Shown one piece after another: positions 1 to 8,560 of a DNA stretch of 64,000 nt. Where the stretch lies: positions 705 to 64,704 of the forward strand of contig JAYEJB010000043.1 of assembly GCA_034716415.1 (NCBI GenBank). The letters run 5' to 3'. This DNA is from Patescibacteria group bacterium. GTDB lineage: Bacteria > Patescibacteriota > Patescibacteriia > SG8-24. Position numbers and translations under genes: made by a program. How positions within the stretch are numbered: the first letter of the stretch is position 1; each line of letters begins with the position of its first letter. The notes under the pieces are model-generated. The model did no database searches. It had not been told where the DNA came from and worked only from the letters and a program-made list of their open reading frames with translations.

Positions 1-230
1 GAGGAGCGGAGCGACGCGGCAATCCCGTTCTTAGTATGCTCGCGCACAGCCGAGGAAGGTCCTACCTTTCTTGTCATTGCGAGCGAAGCCACGTCGTTCG
101 CGAACGATATGGCGAAGCGCGGCAATCCCGCCCCCCCTTTTTGTCATTGCGCCCCGCCCATGGCGGGATCCAGCCTTCTTTGATTAAAGATATGTGGCGG
201 GAAGCGAAGCGCGGCAATCCCGTTTCAATA
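1..230. repeat. MITE-like palindromic repeat, family 1 (TTGTCATTGCGAG / GCGAAGCG..GGCAATCCCG modules), compound copy truncated by the window edge
   Basis: Contains ttgtcattgcgagcgaagc, gcgaagcgcggcaatcccg and the ccccgcccatggcgggatcc...gatatgtggcgggaag module. The same modules recur at 5669, 11086, 17051 and 25413. Confidence 0.5.
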
Positions 231-280
231 TCATGAACCATGAAAAAACCGATGCAGTGCATCGGCTCTTGGCGGCAAAG

Positions 281-598
281 TCACTTCCGCTTGGTGAAAC
301 GAATGGTCGGAAGCGTGAAATTCAGGCCCCAGACCTCATCGGTGGCGGTGAGGTCTTCTTCTCCGAGGTTCATGGGTTCTTCTTCCCCGAGCACATCTGC
401 AATGGCTTTTCGCTGTTCTTCCGACAGGATGGGGTTAAGGTTGTTGATCTCGCGCGGACGTCGGAAATTGCGGCAGACCTCGATCGCTACGATGCGGTTT
501 TCTTTCCACACCGCTCGATATTTTAGATCTGAATGTAGAAACAGCTGAAACAGCCGGTTCGACTTGCTGTCAGTCATGCGACACCTCTTTGTGTGCAA
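281..598 (-). CDS. hypothetical protein containing a RelE/ParE-like motif (YRAVWKENRIVAIEVCRNFRR); coding strand ambiguous
   Basis: ORF track. The motif resembles the C-terminal YRxxY...V.I..V.HR motif of RelE/ParE toxins but sits near the N-terminus of this ORF. A plus-strand ORF, 194..526, overlaps it. Confidence 0.2.
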   Translation of the reverse strand: MHTKRCRMTDSKSNRLFQLFLHSDLKYRAVWKENRIVAIEVCRNFRRPREINNLNPILSEEQRKAIADVLGEEEPMNLGEEDLTATDEVWGLNFTLPTIRFTKRK

Positions 599-677
599 TA
601 TCTCAAATTACCACTGATTCATCCGTCGGTCAAAAAGAAAACGCGCTCCGTGCGCGTTGATAATACAATCGACCGCG

Positions 678-1094
678 TCAGGCTTTCGGGAACCTGACGT
701 TTTTTGCCTCGAAGATGATGTAGCGTTCTTGCGGATCGATCGGCCAATCCCAATCGATTTCCACGCCGATATCGGTGTCGAGTTCGACCCCAAGGACATC
801 TTTCAATCGGAGAAGCTGCTCGAGTGTAGTAAGCGCCTTGGACATGACGGCGAATCTGACGCCTCGCTCGATCCAGTCTTCCTCGAGATTACATGCGCCC
901 GGAAAGATTTGCGCTATTCCTTTTGCGAAATAACCGTTCATCATTACCTCCTGTTCCGGCGGGAACAGTCGAAGACCAGCCAGAATGGAATAAATATACT
1001 TACTTTCTACACAGATGTCAACCTTGAATCCACCCCAAAATAAGGGTACAATCCAGGCATATGTCAGGAGGCAAAGTGGTGCGGAACACCTCAT
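678..1094 (-). CDS. hypothetical protein (likely shorter, starting at the MMNGYF methionine near 950); an overlapping plus-strand ORF 657..1043 makes the strand ambiguous
   Basis: ORF track. A terminator-like hairpin aacgcgctccgtgcgcgtt at ~643-661 lies just downstream on the minus strand. No family recognised. Confidence 0.2.
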   Translation of the reverse strand: MRCSAPLCLLTYAWIVPLFWGGFKVDICVESKYIYSILAGLRLFPPEQEVMMNGYFAKGIAQIFPGACNLEEDWIERGVRFAVMSKALTTLEQLLRLKDVLGVELDTDIGVEIDWDWPIDPQERYIIFEAKNVRFPKA

Positions 1095-2524
1095 ATCTCG
1101 TGATGGCTTTCGTGGGTCAGAAAGTGCTGACCTTCGTTTATTTTACGGTCATCGCGCGGACAGTCGGCGTGGAAGGTGCGGGTCGCTATTTCTTGGCGGT
1201 CAGCTTCACTACGATGTTCTCGATTTTCGTGGATCTGGGGCTCGCTAACGTCCTGGTCCGCGAGATCGCCAAGTTTCCGGATAAGGCGAAGAGCCTGCTA
1301 GCGAACGTGCTGGGCATCAAACTGATGCTCGCGGTCCTGACTGTCGCCGCCGCGCTCGTCACCGCCCGCCTGCTCGACTACCATCCGCAGACCACGCTTA
1401 TGATCTCCATCGCCTGCGCGGTGATGGTGCTCGACTCCATGCATCTCGTGCTCTACGCCGCGATGCGCGGCTTCCAGAATCTCAAATACGAGGCGGTCGG
1501 AGTCGTGACCGGGCAGATCGTCATCATCACGGTCGGCAGCACGTTCCTGTACCTCAAGATGCCCCTGCATTTCCTGGTCGTGGCTCTCCTCTGCGGCAGT
1601 ACCTGGAACGTGATCTGGGCGGTCTGGTCGTTGAAGCGCCGTTTCGGTGTCCTACCCTCGTTCCGCATCGACCGTCCGATGGCCAGGTTCCTGTGGGGCG
1701 TCACCATACCGTTCGCGTTTGCCGGCATCTTCTCGCGCGTCTACAGCTACATCGATTCGATCATGATCTCGAAACTGATCAGCGAAGCCGCAGTCGGACT
1801 CTACGGCGTTGCCTATAAGATCGCTTTCGCCTTCCAGTTCATGCCAATGGCGTTCGCGGCCGCGCTCTACCCCGCGATGAGCGAGCAGTACGTGACTGAC
1901 CGCAAGAAACTCGGCGCGCTCCTGACCGTCTCGATGAACTATCTGATGCTCATCGCCGTGCCGATCGCGTTCGGTGTCGCCACGCTCGCCGAAGAGTTCA
2001 TTCTCATGCTCTACGGTCCGGAGTTTCTCGGGTCGGTCATGCCACTGCAGATCCTGATGTTTTCGCTCATCTTCGCTTTCCTGTATTGGCCGGGTGGGTC
2101 GCTCCTGAATGCCACTGACCGTCAGGCTTTGAACACCGCAGTCATGGGAACCACGATGGTCCTTAATATCGTCCTCAATGCGATACTCATTCCACGCCTG
2201 GGAATAGTCGGAGCCGCGTTTGCCGCTCTCGCCGGCAACGCCCTGTTGTGGGCCGGTGCCATGTGGTTCTCACGTAAGGTGGTGCGTGTCGACAAGCGGG
2301 CCTTCTTCAAGATGGCGTTCAAGACGCTCTTCGCGGGCATCGTCATGTCGGCCGCGCTCGTGGCGCTACGGGACCGCACGCACGTCGCACTGCTCGTTCC
2401 GCTCGCCGCGTTCGTCTATACCGGCGCGCTGTTCGCGGTCGGCGGTGTGACGCTCAAGGAAGTCCGCGTCATCCTCGATGTCCTAAGGAAGAAGGGTAGG
2501 GGAGTAAGCGATCTGATCCCATGA
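1061..2524 (+). CDS. Wzx-like oligosaccharide flippase (MOP/polysaccharide biosynthesis protein family), ~12 TM
   Basis: 487 aa polytopic membrane protein with a typical Wzx/MATE-like hydrophobic profile, heading a glycosyltransferase cluster. The true start may be the MAFVGQ methionine near 1103. Confidence 0.7.
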   Translation: MSGGKVVRNTSYLVMAFVGQKVLTFVYFTVIARTVGVEGAGRYFLAVSFTTMFSIFVDLGLANVLVREIAKFPDKAKSLLANVLGIKLMLAVLTVAAALVTARLLDYHPQTTLMISIACAVMVLDSMHLVLYAAMRGFQNLKYEAVGVVTGQIVIITVGSTFLYLKMPLHFLVVALLCGSTWNVIWAVWSLKRRFGVLPSFRIDRPMARFLWGVTIPFAFAGIFSRVYSYIDSIMISKLISEAAVGLYGVAYKIAFAFQFMPMAFAAALYPAMSEQYVTDRKKLGALLTVSMNYLMLIAVPIAFGVATLAEEFILMLYGPEFLGSVMPLQILMFSLIFAFLYWPGGSLLNATDRQALNTAVMGTTMVLNIVLNAILIPRLGIVGAAFAALAGNALLWAGAMWFSRKVVRVDKRAFFKMAFKTLFAGIVMSAALVALRDRTHVALLVPLAAFVYTGALFAVGGVTLKEVRVILDVLRKKGRGVSDLIP

Positions 2525-3690
2525 GACCGATATTGCTGGTGACAATCGAATATCCGCCGCAGCGTGGGGGCATCGCCACGTATTTGGCGCACATCGCCGA
2601 GAATTTGCCGCACGGCAACATCATCGTACTCGCGCCGGAGATGAAGAGTACGCACGAGTACGACATGAACGCCGGAGTGCCGATCTACCGCTACAAGATG
2701 CTGTGGAAGTATATGCGCCCGCGTTGGCTCCTGGCGTTCTATTGGACTTGGCGGATGTGCCGCAAGGACCGGCCGTCGATGGTGATGGTGAGCCATCTGC
2801 TGAACATGGGTAAGGTCGCGCTCGGCATCAAGCGGGTCCTGGGTATTCCCTACGGTGTCATCCTGCACGGTTATGACGTAGCGCAAGCCAAATCCACGAC
2901 CTACGGGCGGCGTCTGGCCGCGCGGGAGATACTCGGCGGAGCGTCGCTCGTCGTCTGCAACAGCGTGTATACGGGTACGTGGGCCCAGTCGCTCGGCGTG
3001 GATGAGTCGCGCATCGCGTACGTGAATCCGCCGCCGTGGTTGCCGCTCGACACGAAGGCCGATGCGGGAGAGGTCGCCCAGTTCAGGAAAATACATGAAC
3101 TCGACGGCAAGTTCACGCTGTTGTACGTCGGCCGGCTGGTGAAACGAAAAGGCGTCGATACGTGCATCAAGGCGGTGGCCAAACTGCGCGCCGAGGGCTG
3201 TGACGTCAAGTACATCGTCATCGGAGACGGTCCGGACAAGGGGCGGCTCAAGAAGATGGCCATGGACGCGAACGTCGCGGACCATGTCGTGTTCACCGGC
3301 ATGATGAATCCGAATAGGCTGTCGATCCCGTATACCGCGTGCGACGCGTTCGTCATGGTTCCGAGGAGCCTCGACGGCGGCAATATCGAGGGCTACGGCA
3401 TCGTCTATCTGGAGGCCAATATCTTCGGCAGGCCGGTCATCGGTTCCAGGACCGGCGGGGTTCCGGAAGCGGTGATCGACGGGGAGACCGGGTTGTTGGT
3501 CGAGCCGGGTGACGTGGACGGTCTGGTGAAGACGGTCAGGAAGCTCATGAACGACGAATCCCTGCGGAAGAAGCTCGGTGAGGGCGGTCGGGCACGGCTC
3601 GAAAAGGATTATGGCGACAACCGGCAGGCGCGGCGGTTCCTGGCGGCCGTACGGCGCGCCATCGGCGTGACTAAGGAGTATGAAGAGTGA
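2521..3690 (+). CDS. glycosyltransferase family 4 (GT-B, RfaG-like)
   Basis: C-terminal EANIFGRPVIGSRTGGVPE...DGETGLLVEPGD motif typical of GT4 retaining transferases. A 4-nt overlap with the upstream gene implies an operon. Confidence 0.8.
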   Translation: MRPILLVTIEYPPQRGGIATYLAHIAENLPHGNIIVLAPEMKSTHEYDMNAGVPIYRYKMLWKYMRPRWLLAFYWTWRMCRKDRPSMVMVSHLLNMGKVALGIKRVLGIPYGVILHGYDVAQAKSTTYGRRLAAREILGGASLVVCNSVYTGTWAQSLGVDESRIAYVNPPPWLPLDTKADAGEVAQFRKIHELDGKFTLLYVGRLVKRKGVDTCIKAVAKLRAEGCDVKYIVIGDGPDKGRLKKMAMDANVADHVVFTGMMNPNRLSIPYTACDAFVMVPRSLDGGNIEGYGIVYLEANIFGRPVIGSRTGGVPEAVIDGETGLLVEPGDVDGLVKTVRKLMNDESLRKKLGEGGRARLEKDYGDNRQARRFLAAVRRAIGVTKEYEE

Positions 3691-4390
3691 AGCGCCGACA
3701 ATCAGCATCGTCATTCCGGCTTATCAGCATGCACGCGAGCTGCCGGCGTGCCTTCGGAGTATCCTGGAGCAGACGTATACGGATTATGAGATCATCCTGG
3801 TCAATGACGGCAGCACGGACGGCACGGAGAAGGCGCTCGAGCCGTTCATGGATCGCATCACCTACATCAGTCAGGAGAACAAGGGCGGCAACGCGGCCAG
3901 GAACAGGGGATTCATGCAGGCGGCGGGGCGGTATCTACTTTTCTGTGACGCCGATATCGTGATGCGTCCCGACTGTCTTTCGAAGATGCTACGCGCGCTC
4001 GAGACGACCCCGGACGCGTCTTATGCCTATTGTTCGTTCCGTTACGGCTGGAAGAAGTTCCGGTTGTGGCCGTTCGATGCCGACAGGTTGCGCCAGCTGA
4101 ATTATATCCATACCACCTCGCTCATCCGACGGGAGCATTACCCCGGATTCGACGAATCGATCCGTAAACTGCAGGATTGGGATCTGTGGCTGACGATGCT
4201 CGCGGAGAATCATGTCGGAATCTGGATTTCCGAATACCTGTTCACTGCCATTCCGCACAAAGGCGGCATCAGCACCTGGGTGCCGGGCATCTTTTATCGC
4301 ATCCCATGGCGCAAGCTAGGGATCCGCATGCGTTCGGTCGAGAAGTTCCAGGAAGCGGAAGTGATCATCAGGAAGAAACATGGGTTATGA
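3680..4390 (+). CDS. glycosyltransferase family 2
   Basis: N-terminal ISIVIPAYQ...ILVNDGSTDGT GT-A signature followed by a DxD-like CDAD motif. Confidence 0.75.
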   Translation: MKSEAPTISIVIPAYQHARELPACLRSILEQTYTDYEIILVNDGSTDGTEKALEPFMDRITYISQENKGGNAARNRGFMQAAGRYLLFCDADIVMRPDCLSKMLRALETTPDASYAYCSFRYGWKKFRLWPFDADRLRQLNYIHTTSLIRREHYPGFDESIRKLQDWDLWLTMLAENHVGIWISEYLFTAIPHKGGISTWVPGIFYRIPWRKLGIRMRSVEKFQEAEVIIRKKHGL

Positions 4391-4478
4391 GCTTAAAAGC
4401 TAAACAGCTAAAAAGTCTAAAAGAATCGATTCCTTATAGCTTTTCAGCTTTTGGACTTTTCAGCTTTTAAGCTTCGAT
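4390..4478. repeat. AT-rich palindromic repeat, family 2 (AGCTTTTAAGCT-type), ~89 bp imperfect palindrome between two GT2 genes
   Basis: The left arm gcttaaaagctaaacagctaaaaagtctaaaag is the near reverse complement of the right arm cttttcagcttttggacttttcagcttttaagc. The right arm is ~90% identical to 54144..54165. Confidence 0.55.
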
Positions 4479-5345
4479 ATGGATCTATCGATCGTCATAC
4501 TCAACTGGAAGGTGAAGGAGCTGTTGCGGCAGTGTCTGCTTTCGGTATATCGGTATACGAACGGACTCGATTTTGAAGTCATCGCAGTCGACAACGATTC
4601 ACGGGACGGTAGTGTGGAGATGGTGATGAAGGAATTCCCGCAGGCGCAGGTCATCGCGAACAACCGGAATCTCGGTTTCGCGGCCGGCAACAACCCGGGC
4701 ATCGAAGCGGCACGGGGTGAGTTCGTGCTTCTGTTGAATCCGGATACCGAGCTGATGGATAACGCGTTCGAGGCGATGGTTCGCGTCATGCGTGCCAATC
4801 CTGATGTGGCGGTGCTCGGGCCGACGCTGTTGAATACCGATCGCTCCTTGCAACCGTCAGTGCGGGGCTTCCCCACACCGTTGTCGCAGGTGCTCGTCAT
4901 GCTCAAGCTTCATAATTTCTTTCCCAGGCTCAAGCCGGTCATGGAATATTTTTCCAGCGGATTCGACTACCTCGCGCCGTCGAGCGTCGATCAGGTCATG
5001 GGTGCGGCGTTCATGGTCAGGCGGTCGGTGTTCGAGAAGCTGGGACTGCTGGACGAGCGGTTCTTCATCTGGTTCGAGGAGGTCGATTTCTGCAGACGTG
5101 CGGTCGACGCGGGTTATGGTGTGATGTACACGCCGAAAGCGCGTATCGTACATCATGGCGGTGAGAGTTTCGGGCAGGTGTTCGGTCCGAAGAGACAACA
5201 TTATTTGAATTCGAGCCTGCTGAAGTATATGCGAAAGCATTTCGGTCTTGTTGCGGCGATCGGGCTGGCGATACTCTATCCGGCATCCATGACACTGGCC
5301 TGGCTCGCTGAATTTTTCGGACTCAGCGGTACGGGGCGAAGATAG
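4479..5345 (+). CDS. glycosyltransferase family 2 (rhamnosyltransferase-like)
   Basis: LSIVILNWK...VIAVDNDSRDGS GT-A signature, followed by FAAGNNPG and a DxD-like EEVDF motif. Confidence 0.75.
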   Translation: MDLSIVILNWKVKELLRQCLLSVYRYTNGLDFEVIAVDNDSRDGSVEMVMKEFPQAQVIANNRNLGFAAGNNPGIEAARGEFVLLLNPDTELMDNAFEAMVRVMRANPDVAVLGPTLLNTDRSLQPSVRGFPTPLSQVLVMLKLHNFFPRLKPVMEYFSSGFDYLAPSSVDQVMGAAFMVRRSVFEKLGLLDERFFIWFEEVDFCRRAVDAGYGVMYTPKARIVHHGGESFGQVFGPKRQHYLNSSLLKYMRKHFGLVAAIGLAILYPASMTLAWLAEFFGLSGTGRR

Positions 5346-5350
5346 TTCAT

Positions 5351-6952
5351 ATGAACGACAAGGTCAGACTATTTCTCTTACTGGTCAGCGGATACGTGTT
5401 GTTGGAGCTGTTGTCCTGGATCGGCTATAACGATCCGATGTGGAGCAGCCTGTTCTTTTTTATCGTCGTCTTGGCGGTCGCTGTCTTGGCCTGGTTCAGG
5501 CCGGGTCTCGCCGTGGTCGTCGTGCTGGGAGAGCTGTTTGTCGGTTCACAAGGCGGTTACATGCTCACTGTCGGACCGGCGAACGTGGACGGGGCGATAT
5601 TATCTTTAAGAATGGGGCTATTTTTAGCCTTATTCGGACCATGGCTCGCGAGAACGGCATTAGGTCTTTTGTCATTGCGAGGAGCGGAGCGACGAAGCAA
5701 TCCCGACGAGATTGCCGCGGTCCCCCGGATCAAGTCCGGGGTCCCTCGCAATGACAAGGGGTTGGGATGGTATTACGTCATGAAGGAGACAAAGCTGCTG
5801 TGGCCGTACGTGGCGCTCCTCATGGTGTTCGCGTTCGGCGGACTGCGTGGCTTGCTGGCCGGCAACGGATTCGGTAACGTCTTTTTCGACGCCAATGGTT
5901 ACGCGTTCTTCGCGCTTTTTCCGGCGTTCATGGGAGGCTTGCGAGACCTGAGGGCGCGTCGTTTGATGTGGTACGTGCTCGCGGCTGCGGTCACCGTTTC
6001 AGTCGCCAAGGCGCTCGCTGTAATGTATTTCTTCTCGCACCGTCTTTACTACGTCGCAGCGAACATGTACTTGTGGGTCAGGGACACCAGGGTCGGGGAG
6101 GTGACTTTGACGGTCGCCGATTTCCATCGCGTGTTTTTCCAGTCGCATCTTTATGTTCTTGTGGCGATATTTACGGTCTTCCTGTTCGCGGCCAGCGCCA
6201 AGTCAATCAGAAAACCGGGTTTCTGGATCCCGTTCGGGTTGCTGGTCTGGGGAATTATCGCCATGGTACTGGGTCTGTCGCGTAGTTTTTGGTTCGGCGG
6301 ATTCATCGCGGCGCTGACGATGATTGGTCTGCTCATATGGACGAAGGCCGGGAAGGGCCTATGGGGTCGCATGGCGATCGTCGCGCCGGCTTCTCTTGTC
6401 CTGGCGATCGGTATCATCGCCGGAATCTACGCCTTCCCGTTTCCTACCAAGACCGGTGACCTGTCGTTCATGTCGATGTTGAGCGGGCGCGCGTTTTCAT
6501 TAGCTGGTGAGGCCGCCGCGAACAGCCGCTGGACCTTGCTGAAGGAGATGTGGCCGGCCGGCATGGAACACCCGATATTAGGGAGCGGTTTAGGCACCAC
6601 GGTCACATACAGGACCGAGGATCCGCGCCTCTTGGTCGACAACCCGACCGGCGAGTACACTACGTTCGCGTTCGAATGGGGCTACCACGACCTATGGGTC
6701 AAGTTCGGCGTGCTGGGCCTGCTGGTCTACGCCTGGCTCATTGCGGTCATTTTGACGCCGTATTTCGTGTCGTTGAAGATGTGGAAACGCGAAAGCGGCG
6801 CGAATCGCGCGGATGCCATCGTGTTGATAGGTATTATCTCCGGCATGGTAGCCATGCTCGCGACCAATGTTTTCAGCCCATACCTGAACCACCCGCTGGG
6901 AATCGGCCTGCTGATGGCTGTGGCGGCGATTGGGTATAAGAGAGGGGACTAA
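5351..6952 (+). CDS. O-antigen ligase/polymerase-like polytopic membrane protein carrying an in-frame copy of the family-1 MITE
   Basis: 533 aa with >10 TM segments, in the glycan cluster. Residues ~107-136 (LSLRGAERRSNPDEIAAVPRIKSGVPRNDKG) are encoded by repeat copy 5669..5757. Confidence 0.5.
   Translation: MNDKVRLFLLLVSGYVLLELLSWIGYNDPMWSSLFFFIVVLAVAVLAWFRPGLAVVVVLGELFVGSQGGYMLTVGPANVDGAILSLRMGLFLALFGPWLARTALGLLSLRGAERRSNPDEIAAVPRIKSGVPRNDKGLGWYYVMKETKLLWPYVALLMVFAFGGLRGLLAGNGFGNVFFDANGYAFFALFPAFMGGLRDLRARRLMWYVLAAAVTVSVAKALAVMYFFSHRLYYVAANMYLWVRDTRVGEVTLTVADFHRVFFQSHLYVLVAIFTVFLFAASAKSIRKPGFWIPFGLLVWGIIAMVLGLSRSFWFGGFIAALTMIGLLIWTKAGKGLWGRMAIVAPASLVLAIGIIAGIYAFPFPTKTGDLSFMSMLSGRAFSLAGEAAANSRWTLLKEMWPAGMEHPILGSGLGTTVTYRTEDPRLLVDNPTGEYTTFAFEWGYHDLWVKFGVLGLLVYAWLIAVILTPYFVSLKMWKRESGANRADAIVLIGIISGMVAMLATNVFSPYLNHPLGIGLLMAVAAIGYKRGD
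5669..5757. repeat. MITE-like repeat family 1, 89-bp copy inside a CDS (in frame, no stop)
   Basis: ttgtcattgcgaggagcggagcgacgaagcaatcccg...cggggtccctcgcaatgacaa, with terminal inverted repeats ttgtcattgcgag/ctcgcaatgacaa. Confidence 0.6.
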
Positions 6953-6971
6953 AATGGTAAGCTCGACTATA

Positions 6972-6989
6972 GATTAAAGACCTAACCCC
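6972..6989. repeat. half-copy of the hairpin repeat family 3 (gattaaagacctaacccc)
   Basis: Matches the right arm of the hairpins at 7985..8042 and 9979..10043. Confidence 0.4.
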
Positions 6990-7030
6990 ATCGTCGCTGT
7001 TCAATCTCGATATATCAATAATCTATCAAT

Positions 7031-7825
7031 ATGTCCTCGAGTAACCCATTTATTTTTACCTCTTCGAAAATCTATTTAAAGTTGCTGCTGCTGTCCGCTA
7101 GTATTGTGTTGACCGGTGTGGGTTGCGTTTCCTTTGAGCGGTCTGCCGATATAGGCAGCAGGACGGCTGACAATCAGCAACAATGGACCGCAGTAGAATT
7201 CTGTACGAATATGAGTTCGGAAATAGAGGGTCGGGCGGCTTCCCTGCAGGTTGCGGATGAGCTTAGGCCGTATGTTGACGCCTGGCAGGCAATCATCATG
7301 AATCATTACGGCCTCTCCGAGTCGGAAATGGGCAACATGTTTCTCCTGGCAGACGTCATTCATTTCCCAAAACAATCTTCGGGCAGGATGACCGTGAGCA
7401 TAAGATATGTGGTGAAGGCTGGCGACGTCTATTTCAAACCGCTATCGCTTGACTTTGAAGCTAGAGCTGACGAGGTCGGTCAGATGACGGGCGCTCAAAT
7501 CAAAGACTATCTGATAGGCAAGTATGTCGCGCAGAGTCTAGATGCAGAAGACCCAACCCAGCAGATAATCGTAATGGATGGCATCAATTTAGGGCTCGCC
7601 AAATCCGCGATTAATCAGGTGAGTCAGAAGTCCTGCGCACAATACGCGACGCTCCTCAAGAGCTGCGATGCGGTAGTCAAACCGATCGACTTCATTATTA
7701 AGCCCGGATTGAACAAGGCGTGGCTGTCGGCTGGCGGTCGCAGCGGCGACCAATGTTATTCTGCGACAGTCGATCTTTTTTCGAGCCAGGTGGACTGCGG
7801 TAGACCGACTCCGTGCAGCATTTGA
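7031..7825 (+). CDS. hypothetical lipoprotein (signal peptide with LTGVGC lipobox)
   Basis: 264 aa with an N-terminal hydrophobic segment followed by Cys. No family recognised. Confidence 0.45.
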   Translation: MSSSNPFIFTSSKIYLKLLLLSASIVLTGVGCVSFERSADIGSRTADNQQQWTAVEFCTNMSSEIEGRAASLQVADELRPYVDAWQAIIMNHYGLSESEMGNMFLLADVIHFPKQSSGRMTVSIRYVVKAGDVYFKPLSLDFEARADEVGQMTGAQIKDYLIGKYVAQSLDAEDPTQQIIVMDGINLGLAKSAINQVSQKSCAQYATLLKSCDAVVKPIDFIIKPGLNKAWLSAGGRSGDQCYSATVDLFSSQVDCGRPTPCSI

Positions 7826-7984
7826 TGCAAGTTGAATTGAGTTCTGAACGCGTCCAAGACAGGCAACCAACAAGAAAAACTCGCCTTGCGCGGGCTTTTT
7901 TTATCGTTTAATGAGGTGGGTATAGGGTCAGAGTGTACTAAATACACAGTAATCAGTTCGCTGAACGGGAGCTAACAATAATCT

Positions 7985-8042
7985 GGGGTCAGATCTTTAA
8001 TCTTTAGTTTTTCCGTTGATTCAAGATTAAAGACCTGACCCC
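7985..8042. repeat. ~58-nt imperfect palindrome (hairpin repeat family 3), copy 1
   Basis: ggggtcagatctttaatctt tagtttttccgttgattc aagattaaagacctgacccc. A second copy is at 9979..10043. Confidence 0.6.
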
Positions 8043-8290
8043 GAAGCAGGTTGGCCTGCTGATGACCGTTGCGGCAATAGGATACAAAAACAGGAACTAA
8101 GTTCGAATCCTAGTCTCGTAGCCAAAGCATTGCGGTGCATATGGACCCAGTAGGGTGCCCTAAATATGGGGCTGTCATATGGACCGGAGTGCTATGACCA
8201 ACCGAAAACCCGGGGTGTAGACCTCGGGTTTTTGCATTGACAGTTGCTAGTCAAAATGCGAAGGTCTTATTGGCTAACTGTACATGAAAT

Positions 8291-8560
8291 ATGGTGCTTA
8301 GAACTCAAATCGCTAAAATTAGCAGATACATAAAGGGTCTTTGGTTCAATGCACGCACGTCAAATCTGCGAGCAGTTTTTGATGATGATTTGGATCAGCT
8401 TATTGATTCTCTGGGTTTGCGCGATCAGTTTGAATCTGGAAACATTCGATGCGGTTTCTGTAATGAAGTAATTACGTTCGATAATTTGCGCGCATTGACC
8501 AAGATCAAGGATGAAATTGTGGTAATTTGTGATAAAGCACAGTGTATTGATCGAATATGA
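8291..8560 (+). CDS. hypothetical small protein with a C-terminal zinc-ribbon-like CxxC...CxxxxC motif
   Basis: 89 aa with CGFCNEV...VICDKAQC. It lies in a segment that is clearly AT-rich relative to the flanks, and its stop overlaps the next start (ATGA). Confidence 0.5.
   Translation: MVLRTQIAKISRYIKGLWFNARTSNLRAVFDDDLDQLIDSLGLRDQFESGNIRCGFCNEVITFDNLRALTKIKDEIVVICDKAQCIDRI

Noticed and set aside
7840-7890. Terminator after the 7031..7825 lipoprotein gene (ctcgccttgcgcgggc + TTTTTTT)
   Set aside because: The T-run is convincing but the preceding stem is weak and mismatched (cgc/gcg only). Left unannotated as a feature.
8060-8110. tRNA/tmRNA-like 3' end (GTTCGAATCC T-loop-like motif followed by ...TAGCCA) that might mark an integration site
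   Set aside because: No complementary 5' acceptor strand (ctacgaga) within 100 nt upstream. The T-stem pairs only 4/5. No D-arm or anticodon arm could be folded. Likely chance similarity or, at most, a decayed fragment.
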